Shown here in pieces: positions 63,226 to 64,000 of a stretch of 64,000 bases of DNA (within the stretch, counting starts at the first letter, position 1; each line of letters starts with the position of its first letter). The stretch is from Ginglymostoma cirratum. Its lineage: Eukaryota. Location: the NCBI GenBank assembly GCA_024137785.1, contig JAHRHZ010000268.1, positions 30,537,466 through 30,601,465 of the forward strand. Direction: 5' to 3'. Below the pieces are notes generated by a model, which saw only the letters and a program-made list of their open reading frames with translations, did not search any database and was not told where the DNA came from. The translations under genes and the position numbers were made by a program.

Positions 63226-64000
63226 AGCCAAACCCATTGGCTCGGTGAGCACGTCTACAACCTCATCCACAACCCGAGCTACAAATCTTCTCAAAAACTT
63301 TAAAGAAGTCCATTTTGTATTACTGAGGGAACATCAGTCCTGCAATAATGATGTTCATCTACACATTGGTTCAAGTGTAGTCCTTTTGTCCTCTCTTCCC
63401 TTCATGGACTATTCTGGCTTCTCCAAATTTAAAACATTGGATCATCAAAAGCACTTGGCATCTTGACCATATAGGCTGCTGCAAATGAATTAGGAGTTGA
63501 GAATAAGACGTTTATTGCCAAATTACAAAATCTTAGGTAGTTAAAAAAAATCAAGTAATAGTTAATGGTGCTGAAACAAAATGTTCAGAAAATAAAATGT
63601 TGAACAATGCTACACAAGACAACGTGACAATATTGCAGACATTTTATATGAACAAGCTACAAGGTACAAGGAGCTGGCATTCATTGCCATCTCAGGAACA
63701 GCAAACATTTTTGAATCACAAGCAATGCAGTGTGCTGTGATGTAGATGCACCGTGATAGCATCTACCCTGAGACACACACTAACAGTTAGTAAGGCTGTA
63801 TGCAGTGAGCAAAACCGTTAAAAAAAACTCTAAAATGCAAATTGTAGATTTTGATATGGAGTTATTATAACCTTTGTCTCCATGTTGATGAACTGTGTAC
63901 AATGATGGCAGTATTGGTGTAAAAACACCTCTAAATTAACCTGTTGGTAAATTTTCATTGATTTTTTTTCTCACTGTTGGAATTTCATTTGGGAAGTCAT

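Larger units (their letters stand above)
59050..63304 (-). mobile_element. Near full-length Poseidon/Penelope-type PLE with inverted 5' pLTR; split by solo LTR
   Basis: N-term NLFENFK...LYFLHECLRKQALPQSL, VVLPADKG, MISFKVTALFTSI, PFLDV, YKIPCKDCEKHYIGQTGR, AREFLEA; 59050-59290 and 63050-63263 are inverted copies. Confidence 0.93.

Noticed and set aside
1-64000. CRISPR arrays, rRNA, operons, intact transposase or RT genes
   Set aside because: None seen; the sequence is vertebrate, and all RT/EN frames contain stops or frameshifts.

Overview
Eukaryotic, vertebrate, AT-rich, repeat-saturated DNA. The repeats (an HE1-like V-SINE, a Deu-domain SINE tail, HER1/CR1 LINEs, Penelope-like elements) point to a cartilaginous fish, probably a shark; this is inference. 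I find no convincing host exon or intact gene, so the window looks intergenic or deep intronic. The listed ORFs are fragments of decayed retroelements or spurious. Contents: CR1, Zenon-like CR1-group, RTE and Rex1 LINEs; Gmr1-like Gypsy LTR elements with SCAN-like gag and PR-IN-RT-RH order; several solo LTRs; Poseidon- and Neptune-type Penelope-like elements (PLEs); tRNA-derived SINEs; one Tigger-like MITE. Three things stand out. (1) More than a dozen PLE-terminus-derived short repeats, many carrying minimal hammerhead ribozyme motifs. Several start right at the ribozyme, several have target-site duplications, and some are folded into palindromes. (2) A 3.2 kb LINE with no ORF1 whose 5' end is a tRNA-derived Pol III head, with a SINE that shares both of its ends. 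(3) Repeated twin-priming-like 5' inversions and multi-level nesting. Boundaries are read by eye and are approximate unless a TSD is quoted.
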